A stretch of DNA of 64,000 nt from Candidatus Aphodosoma sp. (GTDB lineage: Bacteria > Bacteroidota > Bacteroidia > Bacteroidales > Paludibacteraceae), in contig JAZQRP010000193.1 in NCBI GenBank assembly GCA_045629685.1, forward strand, positions 28-64,027, in the 5' to 3' direction. Both the position numbers and the translations under genes were made by a program. Below the pieces are notes generated by a model. It ran no database searches. It saw nothing but the letters and a program-made list of their open reading frames with translations, and was not told the origin of the DNA. Shown one piece after another: positions 62,788 through 64,000 of the stretch (the first letter of the stretch is position 1; each line of letters begins with the position of its first letter).

Positions 62788-64000
62788 ATTCGATTACTTC
62801 GCCGATGAGTGTGGCGGCGGTTACTTCGGTGACGCGCACCATGACAAGGTCGCCAATTTTGTGTCCTGATTTAGGGAATACTATCATTTTGTTTTGAGAT
62901 GAACGGCCACAGAATTGTTCGCGGCTGCGTTTTGAGTAGCCTTCGACGAGAACTTCGAATGTTTTGCCGATGTCGCGTTTGTTGGATTCGTGACTGAGTT
63001 CGACTTGAAGAGCGATGATTTCGTTTAGGCGACGTACTTTTTCTTCTTCGTCGATGTTGTCAGGCAAATGGCGAGAGGCAAATGTGCCAGGACGCTCTGA
63101 GTATTTGAACATGAAGGCTTGGTCGAATGCACATTCGCGCATGAGGGAGAGAGTTTCGGCATGGTCTTCGAGTGTTTCGCCATGGAAGCCACAGAATACG
63201 TCAGTGCCGATAGCTGCATCGGGAAGGATGCGTCGGATGGCGGCGATGCGGTCGAGATACCACTCGCGAGTGTATTTGCGATTCATGTTTTTGAGAATGG
63301 CGTTGCTACCGCTTTGTACAGGAAGGTGGATGAATCGACAGAGATTAGGGTGGCGACTAATGGCTTCGAGGGTAGCATCGCTCATATCTTTAGGGTGCGA
63401 TGTGGTGAAGCGAATGCGCATAGTAGGCACTGCTTCGGCTACACGTTCGAGGAGTTCAGGGAAGCCGATTGTGATGTTGCCATCCACATATTTATAAGAG
63501 TTTACGTTTTGTCCGAGTAGAGTTACTTCTTTGTAACCTTTTGCGTCGAGGTCTTTTACTTCGCGAATGATGCTGTTGAGGTCGCGACTGCGCTCGCGGC
63601 CACGAGTGTAAGGCACGATGCAATAAGAGCAGAAGTTGTTGCAACCGCGCATAATGCTTACGAAACCAGAGATGGTCTTGCCGATGCGGGCAGGGAGGAC
63701 ATTTTTATAGGTTTCGGTAGTAGAGAGTTCGACATTGATAGCTTTTTCACCACGTTCGGCAGCGCCGACGAGGTTAGGTAGGTCGAGATAAGCATCAGGA
63801 CCAGCCACGAAATTGACGCCGTGGTTGTTGATGAGATCATCTTGTACGCGTTCTGCCATACAACCGATTACGCCAACGATGAGATTCTTGTTTTTGCGGC
63901 GAAGAGATTGGAAATATTGTAAGCGACCGAGCACTTTTTGTTCGGCATTGTCGCGTATAGAACAAGTGTTGACGAGAATGGCGTCAGCCTCGGTGATTTT
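62786..64000 (-). CDS. miaB: tRNA-2-methylthio-N6-dimethylallyladenosine synthase, C-terminal ~405 aa; 5' end outside window
   Basis: Radical-SAM block RGCNNFCSYCIVPYTRG, TSHPKD and a C-terminal TRAM domain. The frame stays open to base 64000 (KITEADAILVNTCSIRDNAEQKV...). Confidence 0.92.
   Translation of the reverse strand, partial: KITEADAILVNTCSIRDNAEQKVLGRLQYFQSLRRKNKNLIVGVIGCMAERVQDDLINNHGVNFVAGPDAYLDLPNLVGAAERGEKAINVELSTTETYKNVLPARIGKTISGFVSIMRGCNNFCSYCIVPYTRGRERSRDLNSIIREVKDLDAKGYKEVTLLGQNVNSYKYVDGNITIGFPELLERVAEAVPTMRIRFTTSHPKDMSDATLEAISRHPNLCRFIHLPVQSGSNAILKNMNRKYTREWYLDRIAAIRRILPDAAIGTDVFCGFHGETLEDHAETLSLMRECAFDQAFMFKYSERPGTFASRHLPDNIDEEEKVRRLNEIIALQVELSHESNKRDIGKTFEVLVEGYSKRSREQFCGRSSQNKMIVFPKSGHKIGDLVMVRVTEVTAATLIGEVIE

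Noticed and set aside
1-64000. tRNA, rRNA, tmRNA, known riboswitches, transposases, integrases, phage or conjugation genes, toxin-antitoxin pairs, restriction-modification or other recognisable defence systems
   Set aside because: Reading all intergenic regions and ORF translations gave no cloverleaf-like or rRNA-like sequence and no matching protein motifs. The Fic protein and the stand-alone AAA+ ATPase are single genes without partner genes. Absence was judged by eye only.

Overview
This 64-kb chromosomal segment looks like a Bacteroidota (Bacteroidales-type) genome. It is AT-rich, has TAnnTTTG -7 promoter boxes upstream of many starts, and encodes many lipoproteins. It also has two cargo proteins ending in type IX secretion (T9SS) C-terminal sorting domains, plus GldG and GldH homologues. 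I call 44 protein-coding genes (two cut by the window edges) and one gene fragment. I saw no rRNA, tRNA, CRISPR array, transposase or integrase. Housekeeping genes include hutI, dprA, deoC, dtd, rnr, nfo, fba, ileS, holB, trmB and miaB. Between them sit accessory patches: (1) a Fic gene, an ATPase stub and gene-free DNA at 1-3.4 kb; (2) a three-lipoprotein operon at 3.4-7.6 kb whose last gene fuses a periplasmic-binding-protein fold to a legumain-like C13 protease; (3) a C10 (streptopain-like) T9SS protease at 27.2-29.7 kb; (4) a 3513-aa T9SS cargo protein at 44.4-54.9 kb with 12 lectin-like modules, 11 FN3-like spacers and 7 two-cysteine repeats. The least expected signals are non-genic. Intergenic DNA is largely built from a small set of degenerate 7-, 9- and 11-bp tandem repeats and a modular composite element, and some of these motifs are read in frame inside genes. 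A G10 tract sits inside a tiny upstream ORF in the lipoprotein-operon leader. Strand composition and third-codon-position choice alternate in 5-10 kb domains that ignore gene borders. All functional calls come from reading the translations and motifs by eye; no database search was run.
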